Below are positions 35,963-49,946 of a stretch of DNA of 64,000 nt, piece by piece. The translations under genes and the position numbers were made by a program. The stretch is from Mobula hypostoma (taxonomy: Eukaryota). Position 1 is the stretch's first letter. Every line of letters begins with the position of its first letter. The stretch lies in NCBI RefSeq assembly GCF_963921235.1, contig NC_086108.1, positions 32,118,001 through 32,182,000 on the forward strand, in the 5' to 3' direction. Below the pieces are notes generated by a model. The model saw only the letters and a program-made list of their open reading frames with translations. It had not been told where the DNA came from and did not search any database.

Positions 35963-38900
35963 GAGGGCGACCTTCACTAATCCGACTACCTGCAATCCGG
36001 TGCGCTTGCGCCGGTCATGCATGCAGCCTGTTACAGCCGTTCCGATCAGTATTCTTACTTTTTTCTTCTTACTTTTTAACTTACGCTATTTTTTGTATTT
36101 TTTTTTCATGGTAACACGTCGAAGCTGCACACTCTCTAACATGCTGGTAGAGAGAGTTTTATTTGGGTTTTTAACGCTAGAAATAGTTACATTCCGACAC
36201 GTCTCATTAGCGGGACAGAAGCATGGTTGCATTGTTTATTTCAGGGACCAGCTGATTGAGCTTATGCCGGCCGGTTTAGCAAGCAGAGCAGCGGACACCC
36301 CTGCTGAAATCTGGAGGAAAACACACAGAGGATGCAGAGGGGGATCACAAAGGCAAGGAAAGAGGATCGGGTCGAGACAACAGAGACTTATGGAGAAGAG
36401 GAGTTCGGTGGGTAATAAAATGGACGAGTTCACAGTGCTAGCCAGGCGTCAGAGAACATTTCGGGAGTGCAGTGTTATGTGTTTCACTGGAACGGGGCTA
36501 CACAAAGACATACCCAATCAAAGCTTTTCCATGGACGGCTTCCAGACCGTTCGGACTGACCGGACGTGCACTGAGAGCGGTAAGCGTAAAGGAGTTGGGT
36601 GCTTACTGTCCTGGTTAACAACGGATGGTGCAATCCGGGTCATATTACGATCGAGGAACGTGTTTGTAGACCGGATATTGAACTTTTTGCTGTTGGACTT
36701 CGGCCATATTCCACCGAGATACAACACTAGGCGGCACGGAAGGTTGTTCCTGCCTGTGGCCATCGAACTTTGCAGCTCCTCCCGTGGAGGGTCAGACACC
36801 CTGTGCCAATAGGCTGGTCCTGGACTTATTTTCCGTCTGGCATAGTTTGCATTTTGTTGTTTGATTGTTTGTGGTTTTTGTATTGCTATATTTATGCTCT
36901 ATTCTTGGTTGGTGCGGCTGTAACGAAACCCAATTTCCCTCAGGATCAATAAAGTATATCTATCTACCTATCGATAATCCGGCACAGATTTCAAATTTTC
37001 CACGCACTGTGATTTCAAATTTCCTGGGCCACCATACCAATCATTGCTTTGGTTGCGCTAGATCTGTTCACGTGTTGGCGCGCTCTTGTAAGCACAGACA
37101 GGCGATTCCTGCTTGTTTTCCTGCATTTATTAATATCATTGGCTCTTTTTTAGCCCCAATTATGACCCCACTGAGTAAAGGAAATGCACCTCGTGCTGTG
37201 AAGCGAAAACACCGCACATTATCCATTAAAGATAAGGTTGAACACTTGAAAAAACTGGACAGTGGTGTATCGGTGAAAACATTGGCTCTTCCACAGTGTA
37301 CGATATAAAGAAACAAAGAAAAACTGCTACATTTTTTTGCTGATAGTGGCTCACAGAAACAGATGTGCGTAAGAAAAACAATGAAAGACGGAAGTTGTTC
37401 AGAACTAGATAAAGTGCTGATTTTAATCTTCGTGTAAGTGAAGGTGTTGAACTATCTGGAGATATGGTGAAGGAACAAGCAGAAGTGTTTCATGAAGAAC
37501 TAGGACTAAATTATGACTGTGACTGGCTTCATCAGTTTAAGCAGTGTCATGGTTTACAGTTTTGTGCAGTGTGTGGTGAGAAGCGTTCAGCAGACAAGGA
37601 AGCAGCAGCAGAGTTTGTTGACGAGTTCGCCAAGTTAGTCTCCGATGAAAAGTTAAGCCCCGAGCAGGTGTACAATGCTGATGAGACTGCTTTGCATTGG
37701 AGATGTACACCAAGAAGAACACTAACAACAGCAGATGCAGAATCACCAACAGGGTATAAGGCATCCAGAGATCATGTGACTTTGCTAGGCTGCTCTAATG
37801 CTGCAGGAACCCACAGATGTAAGTTACTGGTCATTGGCAAAAGATTACGTCCCAAGGCCTTCAAAGGTATGACGAAATTTCCTGTAATTTACCGTGCTAA
37901 CAAAAACATATGGATTCTAGCATCACACTAGAATGGTTTGAAAATTATTTCGTTCCCGAAGCACAAGCTCACTGTGACTCTGTTGGTCTGCACCACAACT
38001 GTAAGATAATGCTTATTTTAGACAACTGTTCAGCACACCCAAAAGCAGAACTCCTGGTAAAAAAACAATATTTTTGTTATCTTCCTGCCACCTAACTATA
38101 CATCATTAATTCAACCTCTGGACAATGGCATACTACGTTCTCTCAAGTCGAAGTATCATTCCCTGTTTATGAGGCGCCTTTTGAGTGCAGTTAATGCTGG
38201 AAGACTGGTAAAGGAACTTATAAAGGATTTTAATATGAAAGAGATGATTTACTGTGCTGCTAATGCTTGGTGGTCTGTACAGCCATCCACACTGAAGAAT
38301 GGTTGGTATAAATTATGGCCAGGTTCAATGTTTGAGTCTGCACCTGGTGAAGACACTGGAAATGACTTTACAGGCTTTAGAGTTTCTAAGGAAAAACAGA
38401 TGATACGTGAACAGCTTTCTTTTGCTCAAGAGCTAACTAATCCTGCTGCCAAGAATCTTGCATCAAGGTTCAATGATGGCAATGTTGAAGAATGGATGAA
38501 TATAGATGAGGATGAGCCTACTGTTCATCATTATACTGACTCAGAAAATGTACGGATGGTTGTACATCCAGAGAAGGAAGATATTGGAGGAGAAAGCAGT
38601 GATGAATATGAGGAAGTTGTAGCAGAGAGACTTTCTATAGACAGGCTAATTAAGTTGACAGGTGAATTGCTGCAAGGATTAGAGCAACGATGTTTTATAA
38701 CTGAGCAAGAAATAATGAGTGTTTATAAGCTGCAGGATAAGCTAATCAGAGAGCGATTAAAATATATGGAACAGCTTACCTTGGAAGATATGTTCAAAAA
38801 AATTGCTAGAAAAAGTGCAACAGGGGAGCTGACACTTCAAAATCCAGTGCCATCAACTTCTGCTCACTCAGATGTGCTGCCACCAACATCAACAGTTTTT

Positions 38901-39323
38901 GAAGAAACTGTTGTGCCAGTTTCAGCACCAGATCCTGATGCTTCACTCACTTTTCAAGATGAAGTTGTTGATGATCCTGACAACCTCAAACTTGCAGACA
39001 TGTAACTTTGCCTGAAAGTATGTTAAATGTCTCACTTTAGAAGCGGAAGTGCTCAACTGTTCTGTATAAGTTAAACTCCTGTACATTTACCTGTACCTTT
39101 TATTTTATCTGTGCCTGTACAGTATATTACTTTAAAATTTCACTTGCTACTCATTTAATATTTCTGTTTCATTATTATCTAACCTGTACTGATTTACATG
39201 ATATTTTAAAGGTACAATGAGGTGGTTAGCTATTGCTTAATTTGATCCTTCTGTAATTCGGCATTTTCATTAATCTGAAACTCCTCAGGTCCCAGTGGTG
39301 CCGGATTAGTGAAGGTCGACCTG
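35963..39323 (+). mobile_element. Tigger/pogo (jerky-like) DNA transposon with decayed transposase (~37162-39005)
   Basis: TIRs TA|GAGGGCGACCTTCACTAATCCG and CGGATTAGTGAAGGTCGACCTG|TA; CENP-B-like N-terminus KRKHRTLSIKDKVE; DDD motifs VYNADET, LILDNCSAHP, IQPLDNGI. Confidence 0.93.
36001..36975 (+). mobile_element. Internally deleted Rex/Babar-L2-type LINE derivative nested in the Tigger 5' end
   Basis: APE N-terminus (NKMDEF...RECSVMCFT) joined directly to the ORF C-terminus (RYNTRRHGRLFLPVAIEL); AATAAA and (TATC)n tail; 7-bp TSD AATCCGG (35994-36000, 36976-36982). Confidence 0.8.
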
Positions 39324-40061
39324 TACCTGAGAATGTATCTTTTAAGTCCTGAATATTCTTAAGGTTCACTTAATCCTCTTGCAATATTGTATCCAGGTAC
39401 TCAGAACTAGATCACTGGAATTCACCTTGACAGCTGTTATTTACAGTCTCTTTTCCCCTAATGAAGGGTGAAGACATTTTTGCTAATCTCTGTTCTAAAT
39501 GTCAAATGCTTATATATCTGAGATTGTGAACATGGTTTTGACTTCCATATCCTATACCGGAGGCAGTGAAAATTGGTGTTATATATAGATATAATAGCAC
39601 CAAATTGATTGGAATAAGTTCCTTAAGATTTAGCAAGATAGCATAAAAACTTCAAACCTGACCAGATTAATCTGATTTCCTCAGATTTGTTCTTAAACTG
39701 CAGAAACAAACTTCCAATCCTTGAATTCTTGCTTGATATTGAATTTGTATTACAAAATTAGTCCTTGATAAGTAACATAAGCAATAGCAATAACTTGGAA
39801 ATTATCAATGACATCAGTACTAAACTCAGAAAGCTGAGGGTTAAAGAAAAAATAAATCAGATTTTGCATTCTTAAATGTTGTCCATTGACCAAACACCCT
39901 ACTTTAAAATACAGAAACTCTAGCAAATGGACTTGAATGACACCAAGTGATCTCAGCATTACTTTCTGCAATTCATTTTGTAAATCTCACTATCCCTCCA
40001 TCTTCACATTTTCCTTTCAGATCCTCTTTAAAATTCATGTGTTTGACCAAGTTTTTAATTA

Positions 40062-40835
40062 GAAACACAAAAAAGTCTGCAGATGCTAGAAGTACAAAGC
40101 AACACACACAAAATGCTGGAGGAACTCAACAGGTCAGACAGCATTTATGGAGATGAATAGATAGTCAATGTTTTTCCTTCAGGACTGAGAAGGGAGAAAA
40201 TGCCAGAATAAGAAAAGGTAGGGAAGGGGAAAGAGGCTAGCTGGAAGGTGATAGGTGAAGTCAAGAGGATGGGAAAGATCCTGAAGAATCACTGGGGACC
40301 CAAGTCACCCCAACCATAATCTATTCCAGCTGCTACCATCCAAAAAACAGTACCGCAGCATAAAAGCCAGGACAGCTTCTTCCACCAGGCCAACAGACTG
40401 ATTAACTCACGCTGATTTGAGTGTACTATGTTACATTGACTATTCTATTTATTACAAATTATTAATTACTATGATTGCACACTGCATATTTAGACAGAGA
40501 CATAATGCAGAGATTTTTACTCCTCATATATGTAAAGGACATAAGAAATAAAGTCAATTCAATTCAAGGGCTGGAGAAGGAGGAATTTGATAGGTGGGGA
40601 AAGCAGACCATAGGAGACAGGGAAGGGGGAGACTTGGGGAAGTAATAGGCAGGTGAGAAGAAGTAAAAGGTCAGAATGGGGAATAAATGAAGGGGAGGGG
40701 GATTTGTTTCACCAAAAGGAGAAATTGATGTTCATACCATCAGGTTGGATGGTATCTAGACGTAATACAAGGTGTTGTTCCTCCACCCTGAAGGTAGCCT
40801 CATCTGGCACAAATGGCGGCCATGGACCGACAAAT
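40062..40835 (-). mobile_element. Old Penelope 3' fragment interrupted by a plus-strand LINE 3' end (~40281-40566)
   Basis: Tail and GIY-YIG C-terminal sequence (ttgatgttcataccatcaggttgg...gttgttcctcc) homologous to 31972-32520; the insert ends in aataaagtcaattcaattcaa. Confidence 0.75.
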
Positions 40836-41889
40836 CAAAATTGACTCCCCCTTTTCCTCGTACAGCAATACAACATGAAAATAGGTTCTTCATCTAAATC
40901 CATGCTGACCATCAGGAATCTATTTACAATAATAACTTTAATCTCTCCGTATTTGTTTCAATATCTCCTGTCACCTGCAACCCACCCCTCAGACTCACTC
41001 ATCTACACACAAAAGGGCATTTACACCACGGCTAATTAATCTACCAACCCTACATGGTGCACGGATGCAGGGGAAGTCTGGAGTAAGAAACAGAGAGAAA
41101 GTGCAAACTTTACACCGATTGAATCACTGGATCTCTGTAGAACTACTAGCTGCCATGCTGCTGTTGTCCTGATGTATAGTTATGTTTTTGTGAAACACTG
41201 CAACATTATTTTAATGTTGAAGATGCAGTATAAATGCAAACTACAATGTTGTGCATAATTTAATCATAGTATACTGTGGTGGTACAGCAGCGAGTTAAAC
41301 AATGGGATCTAAATTGAATAAAGCTATCTGAATTAGAAAGAAAACTAGCTTCAGTAGCAACAAACTAACAGAAAGTTCATGAAGGAAATTTGCACTTCTT
41401 ACTTAGTCAAGCTTGTACATAACTTTAGACCTATCACAATGCAGTTGACTCCTAAATCCCCACTGATAAAGCTATGCAAGCCATTCAAAGTACAAAGTTT
41501 AAAGTAAGTTTCTTATGAAAGTACACATCATCACATGCAACCCTGCGATTCACTGCCTTGTGAACATACTCAATAAATCCAAAGGATAATAACCTTAGCA
41601 GAACCAATGAAAAACTGCATCAACTTAGGCATTGAACTGGTGTGCAAAGGACAACAAGTTTTCCAAATACAAAAAGAAACAAGTCATAATAATAGCAATA
41701 AGAAGAAGAGGAAATAAGTAATAAATATCAAGAACATGAGATGAAGAGTCCTTGAAAGTTAATACAATAGGTTGTGGGAACATTTCAGTGATGGGCAAGT
41801 GAAGTTATCACCTTTGGTTCAAGAGCCTGATGGTTGAGCGGTAATAACTGTGGTGGTGTGATTTCCGAGGCTCCTGTATAAAACCATTA

Positions 41890-44800
41890 TCAGAGCAGAA
41901 TTAGGCCATTTGGCCCACTGAGTCAGCTCCGCCATTTAATAATAACTGATCCAATTTTCCTCTCAGCCCTAATCTCCTGTCTTCTCCCTGTATCCCTTCA
42001 TGGCCTGACCAATCAAGAATCTATTAACCTCTGCTTTAAATATACACAAAGACTTGGCCTCCACAGCTGCCTGTGGCAAAGAATTCCACAGATTTATCTC
42101 TCTCTGGCTAAAGAAATTCCTCTTCATCACCATTCTAAAAGGACACCCATTTATTCTGAACCTGTATCCTGTGGTCTTAGAATACAGGATACAGGTCCAG
42201 AGTTATCAAACACTCTCCATATAACAAGCCATTCAAACCTGGAATCATTTTTGTGAATCTCCTTTGAACCCTCTCCAGTTTCAGAATGTCCTTTCCAAGA
42301 TAAGGGTCCCAAAACTGCTCACAATACCGTAATACCTGACCAGTGCTTTATAAAGTCTCAACATTACATCCTTGCTTTTATATTCCAGACCTCTTGAAAT
42401 GAATGCTAGCATTGCATTTCCCTTACTTGCCAACAACTCAAACTACAAGTTAACCTTTAGGGAATCCTGTACAAGGACTCCCAAGTCCCTTTACTTCTTG
42501 GATTTCTAAGTTTTCTCCCCATTTAGAAAATAGTCTATACCTTTATTCCTTCCACCAAAGTGCATGACCATACACTTCCCTACACTGTATGCCATCCGCC
42601 ACGACTTTGCCCATTCTCTTAATCTGTCAAAATCCTTCTGCAGGCACCTTGATACCTCAACACTACCTGCTGCTCAATCTATCTTTGTATCATCAGCAAA
42701 CTTGGTCACAAAGCCATCAATTACATCATCTAAATCAGGAGTGGCCAGCCTTTTACATTCCATGCGTCAATTTTTTCACTCACGAGTTCAGATGCGCCAT
42801 ACGCTTTTACCCCCATTCAATTCTTGTGAAAATGTTAATATTAAACCGTGCGTGAAAAAATTGCATCTGAACTCGTGTGTGAAAAAATTGACGCATGGAA
42901 TGTAAAAGGATGGCCACCCCTGATCTAAATCATTGATATGCAATGTTAAAAGAAGCAGACGCAACACTGGCCCCCAACAGAACACCACTAGTCACTGGCA
43001 TTCAGCCAGAAAAGGCTCCTTTATTCCCACTCATTGTCTTCTGCCAATCACCCACTGCTGTATCTGTGCTAGAATCTTTCCTGTAATACCATGGGCTTGT
43101 AGCTTGTTAAGCAGCCTTGGGTGTGGCGCCTTGTCAAAGTCCTTCTGAAAATCCAAGTGCACAATATCAACCAATTCTCCTTTGTCTATCCTGCTTACTA
43201 TTTCCTTAAGGAATTCCAACGGATTTGTCAGGCAAGATTTTCCCTTAAGGAAACCATGCTGACAACAGCCTATTTTATCAAGTGCCTCCAAATACTGAGA
43301 CCTCATCCTTAATAATTGACTCCAACATCTTCGCAGCCACTGAGCTCAGACTAACTGGCCTATAGTTTCCTTGCTTGAAAAGTGGAACGACATTTGCAAT
43401 TTTCCAGACTCCCAGAACCATTCCGGAATTAGTGACTCTTGAAAATTCATTACTAATGCCTCCACAACGTCTTCAGTTGCTTTTTTCAGAACCCTGGGGT
43501 GTACACCATTTGGTGCAGGTGACTCCAACTACCTTCAGACCTTTCAGTTTCCCAAGAACCTTCTCTCAAGTTTATGGTAACTTCGCAAAATTCATGACCC
43601 CTAACACCTAGAACTTCCATCATATTGCTAGTGTCTTCCACAGTGAAGACAAATGCAAAATACTTATTCAATTTGTTCACCATTTCCTTTTTCCCTCATA
43701 ACAACCTATCCAGCATCAATTCCCAGAAGTCCAATACCCACTCTCACCCTCCTCTCACACTTTATGTATCTGAAGAAACCTTTGGTATCCTCTTTAATAT
43801 TATTGGCTCGCTAACTTTCACATCCCATCTTAACAACTTTTTTAGTTGTCTTCTGTTGTTTTTTAAAAGCTTCCCAATCCTAACTTCCTACTAATTATTG
43901 CTCTATTATATGACCTCTCTTTGGCAAATATGTTGGCTTTGATTTCTCTTGTTAGCCATGGTTGTGTCATCTTGTCTTTCGAATACTACTTCTTCTTTTG
44001 AATGTATATACCCTGTGCCTTCCAAAATGCTTTCAGAAATTCTAGACAATGCTACTCTGCCATCATCCCTGCTAGTGTTCCTTTCCAATCAATTCTGACC
44101 AACTCGTCTCTCAGCCTTTGTAATTCCCTTTACTCCACTGTAATACTGATATATCTAACTTTAGGTTCTCCTAAAATTTCAGGGCAAATTCAAATCATAT
44201 TATGATCACTTTCCCCTAAGGGTTCTTTTACCTTACGCTCTCTGATCAATTCTGGTTCATTGCACAACACCCAATCCACAATAGCTGATCCCCTAGTGGC
44301 TTCAACCACAAGCTGCTCTAAAAAGCCATCTCTTAGGCATTCCACAAATTCCCCCTCTTGGGATCCAGCACTAACCTGATTTTCCCAATCTACCTGCATA
44401 CTGAAATCCCCCATGACTATTGTAACATTGCACTTTTGGCATCCTGTTGTAATTTGTAGACCACATCCTTACTACTGAATGGGGCTCTGTATATAACTCT
44501 CATCAGGGTCTTTTTACTCTTGCAGTTCCTTAGTTCAACCCACAATGATTCAACACCTTCTGACCCTATGTCACCTTTTCTAAAGATTTGATTTCATTTT
44601 TATCAACAGAGCCACACCACCCCTTCTGCCAATCTGCCTGTCCTTTATATACAATGTGTATCCTTGGATGTTAAACTCCCAGATATAATCTTCTTTCAGC
44701 CATGATTCAGTGATGCATACAAAAAAAAACATACACCACTCTGTAACTGTGCTACAAATTCATCTACCTTATTCCATATACTGCATGCATTCAAAAATAA

Positions 44801-45240
44801 CATCTTCAGTCCAGTATTCACCCTTTTCGATTTTGTCTGCCTTTTACATTGCAACTCATCCTGTTGACTGCAATTTTGCCCTATCACCAGCCTCTCCTCA
44901 GTACACATTGCCTGTTTGTAAACCAGCTACCTCATCTTCAGCACTATCGTCTGCGCTTCTGACAATATTTCTCGCATAGAAATATACGCAGCTCAGGACA
45001 CTAATCACACCATGCCTTTTGATTCATAACTCTGAGTCTTACCAACATTTGCCTCCACAACTTCTCCATTAACTGTTCTGCTGCTCTGGTTCCCATCACC
45101 GTGCAACTCTAGTTTAAACACCACCGTGCAGCACAAGCAAACCTTCACGCTAGGATATTAGTCCCCCTGAAGTTCAAGTGCAAACCATCCCTTCTGCACA
45201 GGTCCCACCTTCCCTGGAACAGAGACCAATGATACAAAAA
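41890..45240 (-). mobile_element. Decayed CR1 LINE (end of ORF1 and most of ORF2)
   Basis: FLNACSIWNKVDE, MGDFS...SDHNMI, QHGFLKGKSCLTN, LDFQKDFDKAPH. Confidence 0.87.
42736..42922. mobile_element. 187-bp hAT MITE with ~60-bp TIRs, nested in CR1
   Basis: TIRs 57/60 identical (CAGG.GTGGCCA.CCTTTTACATTCCATGCG...); perfect 8-bp TSD ATCTAAAT (42728-42735, 42923-42930). Confidence 0.93.
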
Positions 45241-45779
45241 TCTTGGCCTGGGTGGTGGGGGTGCCTGATGACAGATGCTGCTTTCACGTGACAATGTTTC
45301 ATGTAGGTGTACTCAATGGTGAGAACAGCAATGAATGGACTGGGCTGATTCCGTTACTTTTTGTAGTGCAAAACTCGGTTTCACTTAACTGCATCACTGC
45401 AGTGGTTCAAAATGAAAGCTCACCACTGTCTTCTTAAGAGCATTTAGAAATTAGGAATAAATGCTGGCCCTGTCAGCTATATATCGTTATATTCTGTAAC
45501 TTCAAAATATTAAATTAATTCAAAAGAAAACAGAGTCCGAAGAATGCGGGTGTAATTTCATCTTTAAGTGAGGAGCGCATGCATCATGTGGTAATGTGAT
45601 GACACATGCAATTAATGTAGTTTTACATATAACCTGTAATTAATTATTTAAAAGAATATTTAATCAAACTATACATACAAGAGTACTCAAATATTATTGA
45701 AATATCAAATACACACTTGCTTATCAACCTACCATCAAACTCCAACTCAACATGAAATGCATCTCAACTATATACACAG

Positions 45780-45931
45780 TGTACTATACACTAATCCGGC
45801 ACCATTGGGACCTGAGGAGTGCCGGATTAGTGAAAATGCCGAATTACAGAAGGGTCACATTAAGCATAATCAGTGCTGGATTATCAAAGGAACCAGATTA
45901 CAGTTAGTGGGATTAGAGAAGGCTGACTGTA
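45780..45931 (-). mobile_element. ~150-bp MITE made of the two ends of the Tigger family at 35963-39323
   Basis: ctaatccggcaccattgggacctgaggagt...gaaaatgccgaattacagaagg is the reverse complement of 39245-39310; its other end matches the Tigger left end. Confidence 0.8.
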
Positions 45932-46821
45932 ATACAACCACAGTATATAGATATCCACAGCATAGTAAATTTTAAAATTGTCTAATTCACACTTAAAGAA
46001 TTAATAACTGTGAAGGATTTCTTACTCTTGTGGGATAACATTGTCCTGACAAGGAACATCACTCTGCTTGACAGGTGAGACTTGTGGCTATGAAGCAATC
46101 TTAGGTTCTGAGGCCTCCTCCGCAGTGGCTGTTGGAGTTGACTCTGAGACTGCAGGAAGTGGTTCTCACAGCTTTCGTTCAAATTATCTTTTTCATTTCA
46201 TTCTTTCTGCCTCTTCCCTCCTTTTTTTTCCTTCTCATTTGTGCAGCTTGATTTTGGGAAGGTCTATTTGGTTCACTGAAGTATTTTCTTCTCTATCCTC
46301 CTATTGCTCCCTTTACAATCGGATCTCTTCTCTTGGCTTCCTCATCCACAACATCCTCTGACAAACCCTCTGTTTTCATCAGGCTGAGCTTCAGTCTTTG
46401 GATCTACTTTTACAAGCAGCTTGTCTCCCACTTGAAGTTCATGCAATAACCTTAATGCACACAAAATAGATTCTGGTTCTTTATACTCACAAAAGCCGAA
46501 TGCTTACAACTTTCCTGAACCTCAAACTCTCTTCCAGCTTAAAGCCAAGTCACATTTCAGAAGTAATTGTCTGAGCAACATATCAGAACCTTTCTCAGAT
46601 ACACTGCCTACAAAAATGTCGCAATCAGACCACTGCTTTTGTCACTTCCATGCTTCCTCTGAGCAGCATAGCATAACCAGAGGCTTAGAGGTTGTATCAA
46701 CATCTGTTTGTCCTCTGTTGGGCAATGGTTCATGGTGCTCAGCATGGAGACAGTTGTGGCATCATCCAGTACCTTTCTTAATTTGCTTTCAGTTGGCTTT
46801 ATTGCAGGGGATGTAGTATGT

Positions 46822-48346
46822 AAATAGACAATAGATGCAGGAGTAGGCCATTTGGCCCTTCGAGCCAGCACCGCCATTCACTGTGATCATGGCTGATCAT
46901 CCACAATCAGTATCCAGTTCCTGCCTTATCCCCATAACCTTTGATTCCACTATCTTTAAGAGCTCTATCCATCTCTTTCTCGAAAGCATCCAGAGACTTG
47001 GCCTCCACTGCCTTCTGGGGCAGAGCATTCCATACATCCACCACTCTGGGTGAAAAAGTTTTTCCTCACCTCCATTCTAAATGGCCTACCCCATATTCTT
47101 AAACTACGGCCTCTGGTTCTGGACTCACCCATCAGCGGGAACATGCTTCCTGCCTCCAGCGTGTCCAATCCCTTAATAATCTTATATGTTTCAATAAGAT
47201 CTTCTACATTCCAGTGTATACAAGCCCAGTCGCTCTAATCTTTCAACATATGACAGTCCTGCCATCCCGGGAATTAACCTTATGAACCTACGCTGCACTC
47301 CCTCAATAGCAAGAATGTCCTTCCTCAAATAAGGAGACCAAAACTGCACACAATACTCCAGGTGTGGTCTCACCAGGGCCCTGTACAGCTGCAGAAGGAC
47401 CTCTTTGCTCCTATACTCAATTCCCCTTGTTATGAAGGCCAGCATGCCATTAGCTTTCTTCACTGCCTGTTGTACTTGCATGCTTGCTTTCAGTGACTGA
47501 TGTACAAGAACACCTAGATCCCGTTGTACTTCCCCTTTTCCTAACTTGACTCCATTTAGGTAATAATCTGCCTTCTTGTTCTTACCAAAGTGGATAACCT
47601 CACATTTATCCACATTAAACTGCATCTGCCATGCATCCGCCCACTCACCCAGCCTGTCCAAGTCATCCTGCATTCTCATAACATCCTCCTCACATTTCAC
47701 ACTGCCACCCAGCTTTGTGTCATCTGCAAATTTGCTAATGTTACTTTTAATCCCTTGATCTAAATCATTAATGTATATTGTAAACAGCTGTGGTCCCAGC
47801 ACTGAACCCTGCGGTACCCCATTGGTCACTGCCTGCCATTCCGAAAGGGACCCGTTAATTGCTACTCTTCGTTTCCTATCAGCCAGCCAATTTTCAATCC
47901 ATGTCAGTACTCTGCCCCCAATACCATGTGCCCTAATTTTGCCCACTAATCTCCTATGTGGGACTTTATTAAAGGCTTTCTGAAAGTCGACGTACATTAC
48001 ATCCACTGGCTCTCCCTTGTCCATTTTCATAGTTACATCCTCCAAAAATTCCAGAAGATTAGTCAAGCACGATTTCCCCTTCGTAAATCCATGCTGACTC
48101 GGACCTATCCTGTTACTGCTATCCAAATGTTTCGTAATTTCATCTTTTATAATTGACTCCAGCATCTTTCACTGACGTCAGGCTAACCAGTCTATATTTC
48201 CCTGTTTTCTCTCTCCCTCCTTTCTTGAAAAGTGGGACAACATTAGCCACCCTCCAATCCACAGGAACTGAACCTGAATCTATAGAACATTGGAAAATGA
48301 TTACCAATGCGTCCACGATTTTTAAAGCCACCTCCTTAAGTACCCT
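46822..48346 (-). mobile_element. Young 5'-truncated CR1 LINE (324-aa open RT segment) inserted in the Gypsy element
   Basis: QHGFTKGKSCLTNL, GVPQGSVLGP, KFADDTKL, LVRPHLEYC; tail atagacaatag. Confidence 0.93.
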
Positions 48347-49539
48347 CCGTTTAAGTTGTAGTTGCCTCAGTTACTCATGACCTCACAGTGCCAACCCTCC
48401 TGTTTTACACATACAAGACCAATGTGGCTTGTTGGTTGTTGTATTTCACTGTTAACAGATATCATTCCCACAGGAGTTATCTTTTCTCCAGTACAAGTTC
48501 TTAGTTGGATATCTGCAGGCTTCAGTTTAGTAGCTTTGGAATGCTGTTCAAACTCATTATGTGGACTGAGTATAACAGCCAAGCCAGTGTCCAATTCCAT
48601 TTTAATTAATTTGCTGTTCACTTCTGATGCAAGCCATGTTGCTTGTCTCTTGTTAAGTTTTCACATTGTAAATCTTAGGGCTACGTAGTCCTCTGTCACG
48701 CTCATCATTATTTGATTTTTCATCAACAGCATACAGATTAGTGCCCTTTTATGAAATTGCATCTGAACTTTTTATCCTTCCTCTTCTCTGTGCAGACCAG
48801 TTATTTTCGTCTGCCCAACATGTTTTCTGTATGTGTCCTACTTTGTTGTATTGTCTGCAAGTTTTGCCTTTAAATCTGCATTTACTTGGTGTAGTTCAGC
48901 TCCTACCACAGCAGTAACACAATTTATATGGCCAGGCCGGTTTCCGTTTAGGACATGTAATTCTGTTCATGCTCACTTTCATTCCTGATTGCATCTTTGT
49001 CTGTAATTTCCATTGAAACGGTGATTTCCATTATCCGTTTGGATGTAATCTGTGCTTCAATTAGGAGGCATTTTTGAATGTTTTCTTTGAAGATTCCACA
49101 AACTAAACAATCTCTCAGTGCATCATTAAGACCAACACTGAACTGACGATGCTTAGAAAATCTCTTCAATTCAGTCACATATGCTGAAATGAACACCCCC
49201 TTCCTTTTGATTCTGCTTATGAAACCTAAAACATACTGCAATCAATAAATGGCTTCAGTTCAAAGTGTTCCTGCACCACTTTTACAAGAGTAGCAAAGCT
49301 AATTTCTGATGGTTTGGTTAGAGCAGTCAAACTTTGAAGCAAACTGTATGCTTTAAAAGCTAATGAACTCAGCAAAATTGGCATTCACTTCTCATTGGTT
49401 ATTTCATCTGCTTCAAAATACTGTTCCAATAACTCAGTATATGTGAGCCAATTACCCATATGGTAATCAAATTTATCAATATTTCTGATGTATCCAGCCT
49501 TTTCTGATTTTTTTTAATGATTATCACCAGGTACTCGCT

Positions 49540-49946
49540 CCGGAAGTGCATTGAGAGCGGTAAGCGTAAAGGAGTTAGGTGCTTACTGTTCTGGCTAACG
49601 GATGGTGCAATCGGGGTATATTACGATCGAGGAACGTGTTTGCAGACTGGATATTGAACTTTTTACTGTTGGACTTCGGCCACATTCCACCATGATACAA
49701 CACTTGGCAGCACGGGAGGGCGTTCCTGCCTATCGGCATCGAACGTGCAGCTCCTCCCGTGGAGGGTCAGACACACTGAGCCAATAGACGGGTTCTGGAC
49801 TTATTTTCCATCTGGCATAGTTTGCATTTTGGTGTTTGATTGTTGGGGTTTTTTGTATTGCTATATTTACGCTCTATTCTTGGTGGGTGCGGCTGTAACG
49901 AAACCAAATTTCCCTCGGGATTAAAGAAGTATATCTATCTATCTAT
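49540..49946 (+). mobile_element. Second, 5'-truncated copy of the internally deleted LINE derivative at 36001-36975
   Basis: Aligns by eye with ~36560-36970, including the same internal junction (ggacttcggcca.attccacc) and the (TATC)n tail. Confidence 0.85.

Noticed and set aside
36000..36812. 270-aa ORF as a novel host gene
   Set aside because: It is a chimeric reading of a deleted LINE lying between TSDs inside a Tigger.
37162..39005. Domesticated JRK/TIGD-like gene
   Set aside because: Multiple frameshifts, with TIRs and TA flanks retained, indicate a dead transposon.
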